Below, in pieces: positions 28,733-43,200 of a DNA stretch of 64,000 nt. This stretch comes from Tubiluchus corallicola (lineage: Eukaryota; Animalia; Priapulida): assembly GCA_030141605.1 (NCBI GenBank), contig JAQGDQ010000311.1, forward strand, positions 124,001-188,000. The letters are read 5' to 3'. Each line of letters opens with the position of its first letter. The first letter of the stretch is position 1. A program made the translations under genes and the position numbers. The notes under the pieces were generated by a model. It saw nothing but the letters and a program-made list of their open reading frames with translations, made no database searches and was not told the origin of the DNA.

Positions 28733-29270
28733 AGGAAAACCGGATGATTGTTTAGACTCAATCTCATTTTAATTTACTGTCCAAAATATACGTTTTCTTC
28801 TCTATAAATGTTAGTAATTGTTTCTTATATTTTAATCATTAGCTTAGAAAGTTAATTAACGGCAGCTGAACACAGCTATTGCTTACGTCAGAAACTAACC
28901 ACATTTTGTGCAATAACAGGCATCTTCCCTTACGCATCAAGCATTTTTGCATAAGTGTTACTGTTTAAACGCGTGATGTCACGAAAATGTGCTCTACATC
29001 ATATGACGTCAGAAACTAACAGAGTAGTGATCTTGGTTATCACGGTGCAGCCTTCTATTTGTCGGCCACGTGCACGTGACAAAAAGGCGCCGCTGCCAAT
29101 CTTAGTAGATTCACTGAGCTGCGCGTAGCTTTGAAAGTTTAACGAAATTTGAGTATCCAAGGCAATTATTATTTAATGTAAGCTTCGATATAAAAAAGCT
29201 ATTGTAGTTTTCAACATTTTAGAGCATTCTTTATTCTGAAGTAATGTTTACACAATCGGCCGGTTTTCTT
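28733..29270. mobile_element. Non-autonomous TIR element (Kolobok-like MITE), copy 1
   Basis: TTAA|AGGAAAACCGGATGATTGT ... ACAATCGGCCGGTTTTCTT|TTAA; TTAA TSD with purine-starting ends; second copy at 63244. Confidence 0.8.
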
Positions 29271-30457
29271 TTAAGGGTACTACCCACGATGCTTAAGGTA
29301 AGGAAATAAGTTTATTATGTAATGTCAGTAAAAGTAGGGACTTGTAATTGAATCACCAGATCTTACAAAAGTACTTGTAATAGTATTTTACAAAGAACTG
29401 AGACAGTTGTAGATGCATTGCCACACACTGCCAGCTAACAGCCCGGCGAAAATTTTATTCTTTGTTTTGTCACTGACGCTAAGATGCTATTCATCTATAT
29501 GAAGTCATTCAATTTTTTTACAATTTTCTGTTCATACTGTACAGTGACTTTTTACTTCCTATTCACCAAGCATGACCATCCAAAAACATAAATTTATACC
29601 AGCACAGTTCTTTATCTCGTGCTTTGAAAACTAAAACAGTGCCATTAATTATCTCAATCATTTCAAAGTTGCTTGATGGTGCTTCGAAAGGTGATCAAGG
29701 AAGGGCATAATCTGTCGGAGCCATTTTGTAACCTTTGTTTCTTTATTGAAACACATTCATAGACATCACCAAATCGCAATTGCATTATGAATCTTTGCAT
29801 TAATACAGCAGAACAGATTCTGCACTGATTTACAGAGTAGGATTTTTTATTTGCTACCTTATACTATGTTCTTATCTAAAAATGATTCAGGTTTGAACAT
29901 GCATTTTCTGTGTTAGGGACCATAAGAATTCCATGACAGCAGTAGCCACATGTAGACGTGTGGTAAAATGTAACTGCGTGCAAACGGTGTAGGCACTTGT
30001 AGCGTGTAGCATATATTGTATATATGCTATAAACGGTAACCACCTAAACTACAAGTGGGCCCAGTCAAATTTGCTGTTCACAAATGTATTGTTGCTATAA
30101 AAATGATTTTTAAACTACACTGTCTTATCAGTTATTTTACATGTCAAACGATATTATTCACAAATCACAGGCTCCGACAACTAATTCAATGTAATCAGTT
30201 GTTTGATTTTTGAAACTATTAAGTTAATCAACAAAAATAATTAAACTTAAATATTTAGAACTTTAAATAAGGAAGAAATGCGAGGACAATGTACGGCTAT
30301 ATTTACTGACGACCACCAATTTCACCTAATGGTAATGTAATCGGTAGCAATGGTAACTGCATCTGCAGGAGGTCAGCCTACTAAGAAATACCTAAGGACG
30401 TTGCTAACGTACGACTAACGCTATGTGCATCAAAACAGAAAATCAAGTAGGTCTTAC

Positions 30458-30487
30458 CGTTTCGTTTACATTTGTTTCTGAGCTCAT
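30458..30487 (-). CDS. Probable first coding exon of the NDRG-family gene (MSSETNVNET)
   Basis: Exon 30510-30458 bounded by TTTTGCAG and ACG|GTAAGA; ATG at 30487; phase 0 fits exon 10076. An upstream donor AAG|GTAAGA at ~31462 suggests a 5'UTR exon. Confidence 0.55.
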
Positions 30488-32882
30488 TGTGACTTCGTGT
30501 AAGGCATTCACTGCAAAATACCCTAGATGAGAAAAGTCACAAAATTCTCACATAAACATAAAAATCCTTGACACACACGCATCATGCGGACTCTCTAGTA
30601 GGTAAAACTAAAAAATAATTAAAATGAATAAAATTTAGCTTATAGTTGTCAATCTTGATATTTTTAACGGAGTTTAATGTAGAAAATACAAATTCGTCAG
30701 AATACAAACATTAATGATATTGTCATAAAGATATAAAGAAGTTTAAATTGTTATGCCAAGGGCGTATCCCAGGTATCCCTGCATTCCCTAGAAACGCGAA
30801 AGCATTGACCTGGCCAGTTGCAGCTGCTGTCTGCTATTTTTTTTCAGTTCTGTGAGCTATGTAACAATATTATAGCAATTGGTATTATATTATTGCAACC
30901 ATGGGAAAATGACAAAACTCTAGTCACCATTGCCGTCAGTGTACATCAATATGGCACTTGCAAAAATTGAACTAATGCATTACATTTTAAAATGAAATAC
31001 GTAGTGCTGTTTCATGCGTATTATTGGCTTTAATACTTTTTAATAACAAATAATCGATTCGTTTTGGAATTCCCTCAAAAATTTTCACGAGTTCCTAAAA
31101 AAATTAATAAAAATCAGGTTAACAGAGTTAGAAAGTGCTACCGTGCCTTAAAATACTTTGGGATATGAAATAGTTTTTCTAATAAAATCTAATTTATTGC
31201 TTAAATCTTTTAGGATTATTTTATTTGCTTCAACTCCCTCTTCTTTACTGATTACTTATTAAGTTTATTTCAATAAAATTTTAATAACAACTTTTTGGTC
31301 TTTTGTCTCCCAGTTTTATTTACATCCTCTACTGCAATTAAATTTTAAAATCCGGTCTGGTTATTAACGAGGAAAATTAATATGATGTTTAACTTATTGT
31401 TCCTTGCCTGCTGCTCTTTACAGTAATTTAGAAAACTAAAAATAATTTTCACTTGATCTTACCTTGTACCAAATAATAATAGACAGGAAAATAATATTAT
31501 TAGATTACTAGGGTGCATTTTACTTCGGTTTTGTTTACTTTGATTTTGAAAACTGCAAATAATTATATAGTAGGCTGTAGGCCTGCTGTGGGACAGAGTG
31601 TACAACAAGTCAAACGAAAATCTGATGATATTTCATATCCGCCTCATTTTGAAGCGTGGTAATAAGTACACATTTTAGCACCTACACTTAATTGTTTTGC
31701 ACTATGGTTTAAGAACGGATCTGGTTTTCCTTCAACTTAGTCAAAGGGTGACTTACAAATGGTATCTGCTCTTATCACTGCAGTATGCATATTTTTGCAC
31801 AAATCAATTTTAATTTAGCTGGAAAGACCAGACAAGACATATGCATACTGTAACAAAGTCATAGGTTTACCACAACTGTTAGACATAACATGCAAGTAAT
31901 AATAATGGTAAAGATAACCCCTTAAAATAAAGATGTCTTTATTATAGAGTAGAAACTGATCTATAAAATCAATGATATCATAACATTTAATTTTACAGCT
32001 AGCTAATTAGTATAATTTAGCACAACTGTAAAAAAACGTTGAAAAGGCATGATATTATGATGGTTAAAAATATTTGCATTCTGTTATATCCACAGATTTA
32101 ATAGTTAGTCACTTGAACACCAAACAAAAACAACAACAAAAGAGCCGCCAATGCGGGCTTATAAACAATGTTCATTTCTATAGTAAAGGTATAAATTAAT
32201 TAGACATAATTTAATTTATTTTCAATTATTAATTGGCAGTTTCACCTCACTTGAAATCTTTTGTAAAACTTACTAAATTCAACTTCTTGCCTGTTCAGAA
32301 ACTACAATAACTGATAAATACATGGATTTAATTACATAACTTTTTCACATGATATTATGTAGCATTATTTTTCATACAAAATATAACAGCACTATATCAA
32401 TTACATTATCAAACTCAGCAAATTGTAATTTAGTTCTTCTGCAAGTTAGGAGATTAATTAGGAGTTAAACAGATATCATCACACATTTGTGCTGGAGAAT
32501 GTATTGTCACAGTCAGTTAGGACAGAATAATCATTAATGTGTCTTAGTTCTGTTCTGTCACTGCAGGCTTAGGTCAGACGTTAGACATGTATAGTTGTAA
32601 ATTCATCATTACAAACAAAAAACACTAAATTCAGTTTTAGTTAGGTGTCTTTTAGCAATGCAAAATATTTTGCCAAGGTTTAGAGAATACGACATTCTGT
32701 TAGTAGTGCACAATGTGGTCAAAAGCTATATCAAGGGTACGTGAAACCACAGTTCCAAGCTCAGCATTAGTACAATTCTCAGTTATGCTGTTGTACAAGT
32801 CACCATCTTAAGTACATTAGGCCTTTTACATAATAGTAAAACAATGTTTTTATCGAACAGGTCAACATTGATCGAGTGGTCA

Positions 32883-32989
32883 CTAATGCGTAATGTCCCA
32901 TGTCCGAATATTGCAATCCTGACCAGCAGATACTACTTGATTGTCATTTAGCCACACCAATCCAGTGATAGGACTCATCGGATGTGCAT
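32883..32989 (-). CDS. WDR1: WDR1 exon 14 (terminal, stop TAG)
   Basis: CAG|[35 protein letters not shown]. Confidence 0.93.
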
Positions 32990-35900
32990 CTGTAACAGAC
33001 AATAAAGCACAAGCGTTAACTGCAAGACATAGACAGCAGGATAATGTCAATTAGATATACAGCTATAAGACCAAAAAGCTGTCAACTGCCACACAGCACT
33101 ATCGCTTAGATATACTATAGTGATTTTTAATATTACCAAACATAAAATAGACTAAACGTTCATCCGAATTTTATCTACATCTGCAACAGATAGAAGAACT
33201 CTAAAATCATTATTTATGCAATACATCAATTTAAACAGGTTTTAATAAATGAAGTTTTTGATACAATATGAGCTGCTTAATAACTCACGGTCAATCGCTT
33301 AATTGACTGAAAACCGCCTGGAACGAGCCGCTTCTACCCAAAAGTACATAAAAACTGTCGGTAATTGACTCAAATAATCTGCATAATTGACTCAATATTT
33401 TTGCTTCACATGCTTCAATAAGGCACTTTCGTGTAACTAATAAGCTTTTATGACTTTTTTATCATATTAGTTCACTTTTGTTCTATAATATACATAGAAA
33501 CAGTCATGTTAAGTACCATTTTGTTTGTCCGTTTATCATACGCTAATTATGCTAGCCTAATGGTTTGCTTTGACCTGCCCGTCACTGCAATTAACTTCGT
33601 TACCGAAGAATTTCTGGAAGCTAAGCATTTAATCACTTGCTTAGCAGTTTGCATTTGAAGCTGTGGCTGTCTTTGCCAGAACGTTTAATCAGTTAGATGT
33701 TGCTGTTATGCCAGGGACGCAGGTACGGTACAGTAAGTGTGTCACAATAGCAAGCGGGAGCTTAGGCGAAACTACAGAAGCTACTTGCAGGGAAACATAG
33801 GCACCACCAACAGTTTAAGCACGCCAAGCACTAAATATTTTACGAGAATTTGTGCATCATACAACAACAGATTTTCAACGTTTTTATCATTATGCGAACT
33901 CTGTGAGCCAACTTCTTCACGATAAAATGAAGCAGCAGACTTTGAAGGAATTTTTTGTATTTTTTTGCAAATAAACAAATTTAGAAAAGTATACTCTTTA
34001 ATTTTATTGCTAATTCACTTATATAAATTAACATTTTAAATCTTTTTTCTAATTTTTAACTGCACAAAGGAATTTAGGCATTACTTCGTTTCTAAAATTT
34101 ATTAAAAACCTTTTCAGTGCATAGAAAGCTGGTGATTCATACATAAACCTGTAATACCCATCGGTTAATAGGTTCAGTCGGTTAATTGGGTCAAAACACT
34201 TCGAACCCAAAGTGAGTCTATTAAGCGCCTACTGTATTTGTAAAAAAATGGAACATATTCCAGGTGAACACTAGACTATTTCAATTGACTGTATCCTTAT
34301 GTTCAGTTACAAATTCTACGAAGTAAATAGCACAGAATGAACAGATGCAAACCACTGTCACTAAAATACTACTAAATTAACACCTGACATCCAACAGATG
34401 ATATATCACATTATTATCGTATTGTAACAGCAAGACAACCAAAATCCTGCAGAAGTGAATAAACTTACTCCGTATATCAATGCTCTTTTGTGGACTTCTG
34501 ACATTCCAGATGAGCACATTGGTATCAACCCCTCCACTAGCCAAGTACAGTGAATTTGGACTCCATGCAATACAGTTAACCTTTGCAGAGTGGCTTGACC
34601 AGTCGACATTGTGTAATTTCTAAAGTGAATTATCACTCTCAAAATTAATTTATATTAAATATTAATATAAAAAATTACTCGAGTAAAAAAAAGAATTCAT
34701 AGAAAACAACTAATCAGGACAAAATGTTATGCCCTCATTAAATTTTGCTGTGTCATGGATGACATTGCATACCGGATTTATGTACTAAATATGAATAAGT
34801 CATTTGAAACGGCATGTTTTCACAATACCACACAAAATGTTTAACTAAGCATCCAATAGATGGCAGCACTGTACAGAACTTTTCAATTTTTGAAGTTGTT
34901 TTATTTACCACATAACAGTGAGTTAATACGTGCCCAAAGTAAAAGAAAAAAGTAAGGTCTGCAGATATGAACTGCTCAGGCTAACGATGAAGTAAGATGA
35001 TATGACATAACATAGGTGCAAAACACCTTTAATCGCAACTTTCTTTTTAATAATATATCACCCTGGGAACTCTTGGGCTATACAGTGTAAATGGCTGACG
35101 ATGAAATGGTGTTTGCTATTAGCCTGCCACCTACAGGATTGTCATTAAACATTATTAATGTTAAACAACATGCAACACTAACATGAAATCTCATAGAATT
35201 TCTCTTTCTGACCGGGCATAGTTAGGCAATGAATTAATTCGGCTTACCTGATAACCGGGTACGCTATAGACGATTACTCTCCTATTTTGATCACATGCTC
35301 CCAGGAAAGCTTTACCTGGAGAGTATGCGACATCAGTGATCGCTCCTCCGTGTGCAAGTTCATTCTTTGCTGTCAACGCATCACCCACACCGAGTGCATA
35401 AACATGGACCGTATTATCCTACAGAACAAAATACAAACTTAATCGGTATTTTATCAATAAATGCAGTTTTTATTCTCTCTGCCAACATTAATGGCAGAAA
35501 AGCATGTTTTTATAGCTTTTCTCAACAGTGAATAAAATTCGTATTATGTTGCTTTAAATGTACTGTGAGAAGTCTTCAAGTAGCACAATAACTTTGCTGA
35601 AACATATTAAACATAGATCTCTCTGAACTTCTTATTCAATGTTATATCATAACAAAAGAAAACATCTATGAAACATATGTCTCTCTGAACTTCTCATTCA
35701 ATGTTATATCATAACAGAAGAGAACATCTATTTTCTGTAAAGTTGCTGATAACCTGTGCAGTGGAGCCCCGTAGTCAAAATTAGTGTGGTTCAGAAAATT
35801 TTTAGCCATTGTTTTAATACTGTGTTTTACGAAACAAACATATGTAATTTTAATGTTGTAACTTGTAATTGTAATTTTAAACAAACAAAGATATGAAATT

Positions 35901-37645
35901 TTATACCCAAACTTGATAAAATCCTAAACACAAGAAGCAGAACAATGCATTTTTTACTTGTCAGCTGCAAAGCTAATTTTTCAGATGGTACCGTTCAGAA
36001 TTAAAGTTACATGGATGCATGAGCACAGCAGCCAAACACCACGATGCTGGGGCTGTGAGCGCTCAGCGCTTGATCTGTGAAGCAAACAGTACTAACCCCG
36101 GGCTTCCACACAAGTATAAAGAGAGAACTAAAGAAAAAAGACCTATCATATTGAATATTATCGATAATAATGACTGAAAACAGGGGCCATTACAGTGTGT
36201 AGTGCCACAGTACCTATACAGGAGTCACCATTGAATCTGTGTTAAAACATACTTACAGCACTGCCGCCTACTGCAATATCCGCTTCAGTGTCATTATATG
36301 ATACAGCCGACGGCTCATAGTTCACGGGATATGCCGCCGTGATGCGACCGCCATGCATGATAACAATCTCCTTTGTGCAGGCAACTATGGTCAAACCCTT
36401 CTTAGACGTAACACCTCTGGGCATCGACTCCAACTTCACTTCATATGTACTAAAAATGTTAAAAACAAATAAAATTATGAAAACTGCCTGAAAATAGTGC
36501 AGTATTAAAAACTACAGTCAACCTCGGATATAAGGGACACCTCGGGAGCGGAAAAAATCGTCCCTTGTATCCGATGTCCCTTATAGTCAAAGTTGAGTCA
36601 AACCGAGGATGTATAAAGATCTGTACTTTTCTCTACTTTTACCCATGTTTTTATGGATTATTGCTACACATTTAGTGCAAACGGTATGTAAGAAGCTCCC
36701 TCAGTGATGCTAGATGTATGTGACTGTGTAAACCGAGCTGTTCAAAGGCCGAGTTTGCAAAAAACTGTGGGTAAAAATCAATCAATTTTGCTTTGATCAT
36801 AGGGTCCCTGATATGCGAGGTAATTTACCTGGGTTTCTATTACGCGGGACCTGAAGATATCGTCCCTTATAACCGAAAGTCTCTTATATCCGAGTACCTT
36901 ATATACGAATACTTACGTAGGACAACGTTACGAAAAATTGGGATCAGTGTTGGTGGTCCCTTATAAGCGAATGTCTCTTATAAGCGAGTACCTTATACCC
37001 GAAGTTGACTGTAAATATTGCTTAATAGTCGTCAAATAGCACATCAGAGCTTAATACAAAATTTTAGAAGGATCTCTTTCTCATTTTTCCTACTGGCTTT
37101 GCTGGCCCTTAATTACCCTTTTAACTTTTAGATGAGAAATGTAATCCTCAAAAGTAAGATGCTAGCAATCTCAAAATGTTGCAAATTGACAATTAATTCA
37201 GTGGGGTGACGAAGGTGATCGATAAAGGAATTGAACTAACAAATCTAGTGTGTTGCAGACATTGTCAATTTTCAAACTTTCTTAATTATTCAACAAACAA
37301 AAGTGAGTACATTAAATATTAAAATCACCATATATTAAGTTTTGGTGATTGCTGAATAGGGCCAACAAGTTCAGCAAGATTAGTAACTAATTTGCAACTA
37401 ACTTGTTTTATTATCAGTTTGCTATTAATCCTTTACAAGATAATATATCATCAGAATGTGACATAAGCACCAATTTGTGTTGCAAAATCAGCAGGTTCGT
37501 CAGATTTTAATTATTTGTGTTCTACCGTTTTCTATTTTCACAAACTACAAGCTGTACCATTTGCTTTTACTCAATCACTACACTGTGTAGTATTAACTTC
37601 GATGCACTAAAGTTGGCAAACGACGTATGCAAGGCAAAAACACAA

Positions 37646-37738
<93 letters not shown>

Positions 37739-40145
37739 GACAGAGGCAGAGACAGAGAGAGGGGGAGAGAAAGGGAAAAGGAGGGAGGGGAAGGGAAAGG
37801 AGCCGAGAAAACAGTGGACTAGAGAAAGGAAAAGAGAGAGAAAACAAGGTTACCACAGATTTTGTTTATTAAATGCCAAACTTATATATAAAAATGCTTA
37901 ACTGAAAATAATTTTGCCAGCCAATGAAAGAGATTTTGTTAGTTATTTGAATTGCTTTATTTCCTAAAAATCTTCAACTTCCAAAATAAAGTAGCAAAGG
38001 ATTTATTGTTAGCAAAAGTTTTAGAAATAACACAGGCATGGCTAGAAAAAAAAACAATAAGTAAATGGGAAATTTGGCTACACAGCTTACCTCCAACGTT
38101 GCGCTGATATGCTATTAAACCTAACAGTATCATCCATGGAACATGTCAGCACATCATCCCCATCGACGGCCATTTTCATGATCTGATTACTGTGAGGTTT
38201 CCCGGCCAATGGCGACACACCACCACCAAAAGCATTCCAACACAGTGAACTCATTAAGGAAATTACAAACTTTCCAGACATGAGATAACCGACTCATTAA
38301 ATAATGATGATAGTTTATTTGTTCTTAATCAATAAGCCTAGAAATAATGAAGTTGAACTCAAATCAAAATGTATTTAACTCCTGTTGTTGATTAAAAGCG
38401 TTATTGACCCAAATTGTTTTTATCATTTCATAACAATTTTCACCTGTATTTCACATAAAATCTAAATGCAATTTTTAGTTTAATCAAGATTGACTTTATT
38501 TTGTTGCCCGCTAATTAAACTACATGTATATTCTTTTCTCTGGATTATATAGCTAATGTCATAATTTAAAAAATTACTAATGTTTCCTAAATTAAACTGA
38601 TAACATTAATGCCCACCAGTATCTAAAAAATCTCTTTATCTATATTCGGTAAAGGATAGCAGACTAGGCGACTTTCCTTTCTCTAGTTCTAGATCTATCT
38701 ATACATTTTAACCATTCTTTAAAACTTATTAGAGATTCTTTTATTAATCATGTTTTATTGTAGCATTATAAAGAGATAAATAAATTAAAATTGAATTGAA
38801 TTGAAATGCATTCTTATGTAAAATCAAACCATCGCCGTGAGATACCTGTGACACAGGATAGAGTACATGTTATTACAACCTAACTCTTCTCATCGGAGAT
38901 ACCTGTGACACAGGATAGAGTACATGTTATTACAACCTAACTCTTCTCGTCTCGAGATACCTGTGACACAGGATAGAGTACATGTTATTACAACCTAACT
39001 CTTCTCATCGGAGATACCTGTGACACAGGATAGAGTACATGTTATTACAACCTAACTCTTCTCGTCTCGAGATACCTGTGACACAGGATAGAGTACATGT
39101 TATTACAACCTAACTCTTCTCGTCGTGAGATACCTGTGACACAGGATAGAGTACATGTTATTACAACCTAACTCTTCTCGTCTCGAGATACCTGTGACAC
39201 AGGATAGAGTACATGTTATTACAACCTAACTCTTCTCGTCTTGAGATACCTGTGACCCAGGATAGAGTACATGTTATTACAACCTAACTCTTCTCATCGT
39301 GAGATACCTGTGACACAGGATAGAGTACATGTTATTACAACCTAACTCTTCTCATCGTGAGATACCTGTGACACACGATAGAGTACATGTTATTACAACC
39401 TAACTCTTCTCATCGTGAGATACCTGTGACACACGATAGAGTACATGTTATTACAACCTAACTCTTCTCATCGTGAGATACCTGTGACACAGGATAGAGT
39501 ACATGTTATTACAACCTAACTCTTCTCGTCGTGAGATACCTGTGACACAGGATAGACTAGAGTACATGTTATTACAACCTAACTCTTCATCACACAAAAC
39601 ATCTAGTGTCATTTTAAACACTAAAACTTGGAATCATGTACAAACACCTACCTATACATCCTAATATCAAAACACTGTCTAACCTAGGTAATTAGACACA
39701 CTTATATTGGTTCATGTATTTAAATTGCTTTAGCAAGGTATTGTGTGGTCTCAGCAGCTTATCTCAACCACTTCCTAAATTTGCTTGACTATCGTTTAAA
39801 ATAACCAAGAATGTAAAGCGAGAGATTCAATGCAAAATGAAAAGTGGAATGAATATTTTCATGCACTAAATTAAACTTTAGTAAATACGTAATATTGCAC
39901 TCTAAAACAATGGAAGAAACCCAATGTTAAAACACAGAAAAAAGGATATTTACAATACCATCCTGGCTGCCTGAAAATATGATTGATTTATCTTCTGATA
40001 TGGCAAGTGATGTTATTGTTTTATTGTGACCCTGCAAAAGATAAGAATGCCATACTAACAACGACTTACAGGTCAAGTACAAATTACTCCGGCAACTGTG
40101 CACCGAACTAGCAATGCCACGAAATTGCTGATTTTATGTTGTTGT

Positions 40146-40177
<32 letters not shown>

Positions 40178-40199
40178 TTGTTGTTATTGTTGTTGTTGT

Positions 40200-40231
<32 letters not shown>

Positions 40232-43200
40232 TTATTGCTGTTGTTGTTGTTGCTGCTGCTGTTGTTGATGCTGCTGTTGTTGTTGTTGTTGCTGCTGTTG
40301 TTGTTGTCGTTGTTGTTGATGCTGTTGTTGTTGTTGTTGTCGTCATCGTCGCTGCTGCTGCTGTTGCTGTTGTTGTTGTTGCTGTAATCAAGCAACTTTA
40401 GATGAAATTCACAGTTAATTCAATTTAAATTAAATTTGCATGGTTATGCATGACCTGCGTAAAAGTACAAGTATTTTGGTGGACACATCATAATTTAAAA
40501 GTATTACATGAAGGTCAAGTCAATTTTTTTCAAATCTTAATCTAATCCTAAACACGATTCAATAGTCTAATTAATGATTACGTCAAAGTCATTTTTAGGT
40601 TTTTAAAATGTTGTACAGACAAAGTTGAGATATTTTTCAAACGATCGTAGGCATTTCTTATAACAAGATTTTGAAACCTTAAACAAAAAAATCAAAGTAA
40701 TAAGGGTTAACTATAGGAAAATGCAGGAACAAGGTTCTTTACCGAGAGATACGGTTAAAATGCACTAGAAAACAAACGTCTGGAGACTACGGTGACTTGG
40801 TCATGACAGAATTCAAGGATTAGTACAGAGTTAGAAAACCTGTAGGCATTAATAAGAGCGACTAACAACATTGGATGGAAGAACGCTGTTACAACATATC
40901 GCAAGCTAAACAAAATCACGATAAACTTAAAATGTAATATTTTTATTCCAAGTGACACACGTTTCAATACGTCAAATGATTATTAGCAAAATGTAGAAGA
41001 CCCACGATCATGACCCCCCAGCTTACAGATTATCCACCTTCCAAACAATGCAATGGAGAGACTTAAACAAAGCTTCAAGATGCTTGTGAGTATACAGCCT
41101 ATTTCTGATTCAAAAATCATTATAAATGACAGGAAAACAAAAGCTAAAAACCTCGCAGTGACCTGTGGAGCGTGTGAACCTCCAGGTCTTCTTGTTTCAA
41201 ATTTGAAAATAACAATTTTGATAATAGTGTATAACGTGCGGACGTACCTTTACAATAAAATTTGGTGCTCCTGGTACATTTCGGTCCAAATAATTTAAGT
41301 AACCTGATAAAGACACAGAAATCATAATGTTTCCTTGCCAAAGGCATCCAACTTGCATATCTTCAACTGCTGTACCGAATGAGTACTGCCTAAGAAAAAG
41401 CAATCACCCCGTATTACTAAATGTATAGCAAAACTGCATTCAATGATTTTATGTATGGAATATTAGAAGTACAGCGATACCTCGAGATACAAAATTAATT
41501 CGTTCCGGAGGGGCTTTTGTATCTTAGAATTTTCGCATTATGAAACAAGATTTATCCTATAAATGGCGTAATTCATTCACCCCCACCCCCCCGGAAAACA
41601 GTCGTATAAAGTGTAAATACTTTACCCACCCGAAAGAAATATGTTCATTAATGACCGATTGTCGAAGGGTTTCGCTCATACTCCCCTGTGCTCTTAAATG
41701 CATGCCAATTTCATATTTAGCTATAATTTCCAGATTTGTTTCCATCAACATCATCCTTTTCTTCTAATCACTGCCGCTGGCACTTGCTTTTTTCAGACCC
41801 GTGGTTATTGAATGTGTTCACATGAGATAAGAGCACAACAATGCGTTCACGTGATGCTACAACATGCATTCTGGGAGGACCGCTGTCGGGCGGCACTTTC
41901 GGTTTTCGCTTTCCTATCTTGAATATTTTTTTGTTAAATGGGACGGAAATTTCTCCGAAGCCCGATTCGTATTCTGAATTTTTCGTGTAATAGGGCTTTC
42001 ATAAGTCAAGGTTCCACTGTAAAACTACTTTCATATTGAAGAGATCCTAAAAATGAAGGTAGTTTAAGCCGCACATAAAACATGGCCTTGTACCAGTGCA
42101 TCTTGAAACTAAAAACAAAATTTTTAGTAACCAAAATATTACAGTGGAACTGGCACCTAACTAATAAACTCTAAGGTACTAGACTGACACAGGTGTCTTA
42201 GCCAAAATTCAAATGTTGCATACACATCTTCATATCGATGAGAAGTGCTGCTATGGCAGAAAAAACCACTCAGAAGCAGATTTTCAAATGCTATCTATCC
42301 ATTTATAAAACGAGTCTATCATTGCACAACTTCGCAGTCGAATACAAACAGTGACTGCATAGATATTTCCTTCACCAATACAGACAATAAAGGCTTGTAA
42401 TGCTGCCACTTAATATAGAAAAAACTCATCTGGTTAGCTGACTTCGTTTCAAGTATAGAACAATATTCCTAAAAGTTTTCAAATGCAAAGTCAGTTATTG
42501 AAATAATGTTCTGTAGACTAATTCAGTCAAAAAAATCTAAAAACTATTTATGGAATTTTGGATCCGACTTGAGTAACTATAGATTTAGAAATGCTATAAG
42601 CTTACTGTATCAGCATGTTACTTTCCGCCTGCCAAAGTTTTGCTGTTTTGTCTCCTGAAACAGTTAATAACTCTTTGCTATCGGGACTCCATGCGACCTG
42701 CAACAAAACAAGTGTAGCTGATCAGCACTGACTTCTGTGTGATGAAGATTTATGCATTCATGATGCTACATGAAAGTTCTTTCATCAGACGACAATAATT
42801 TTCGATTAACAAATAAAAAACAATAAAGCAGTCAGGATAAGAAGGTACTTTTTATACTTAATTTCAAGTGCACAATTAACAGGACTTTGGTTCATCTAGC
42901 AGAGTCTCAGATTTATTCTTGAAAACAGTGTGTTTTGCCTGAAATTTCAATTATTGGTTAACTATATAAATGCTCCTGCAGTCAACTATCAAATTCTGTG
43001 CCAATGTCCGACTTGCTTAACTTTGGAGTAGTTGCAGCCAGAAATGCACTAAAAGCATACAGAAGTGGTGTAACTACCAATGTCTTCGAATGCACCAATT
43101 CTTGGCATGTTTGAACTTTGATTAGTAATAACTAAACTGAAATTAACGAAGTCGTTTTCAGTCAATACTACAGCATTGGTTGCAAATTTTAATGTAACAC

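Noticed and set aside
37517-37872. ER/LS dipeptide-repeat ORFs
   Set aside because: (GA)n microsatellite.
40108-40395. Poly-N/T/L ORFs
   Set aside because: TTG/CTG microsatellite in a WDR1 intron.
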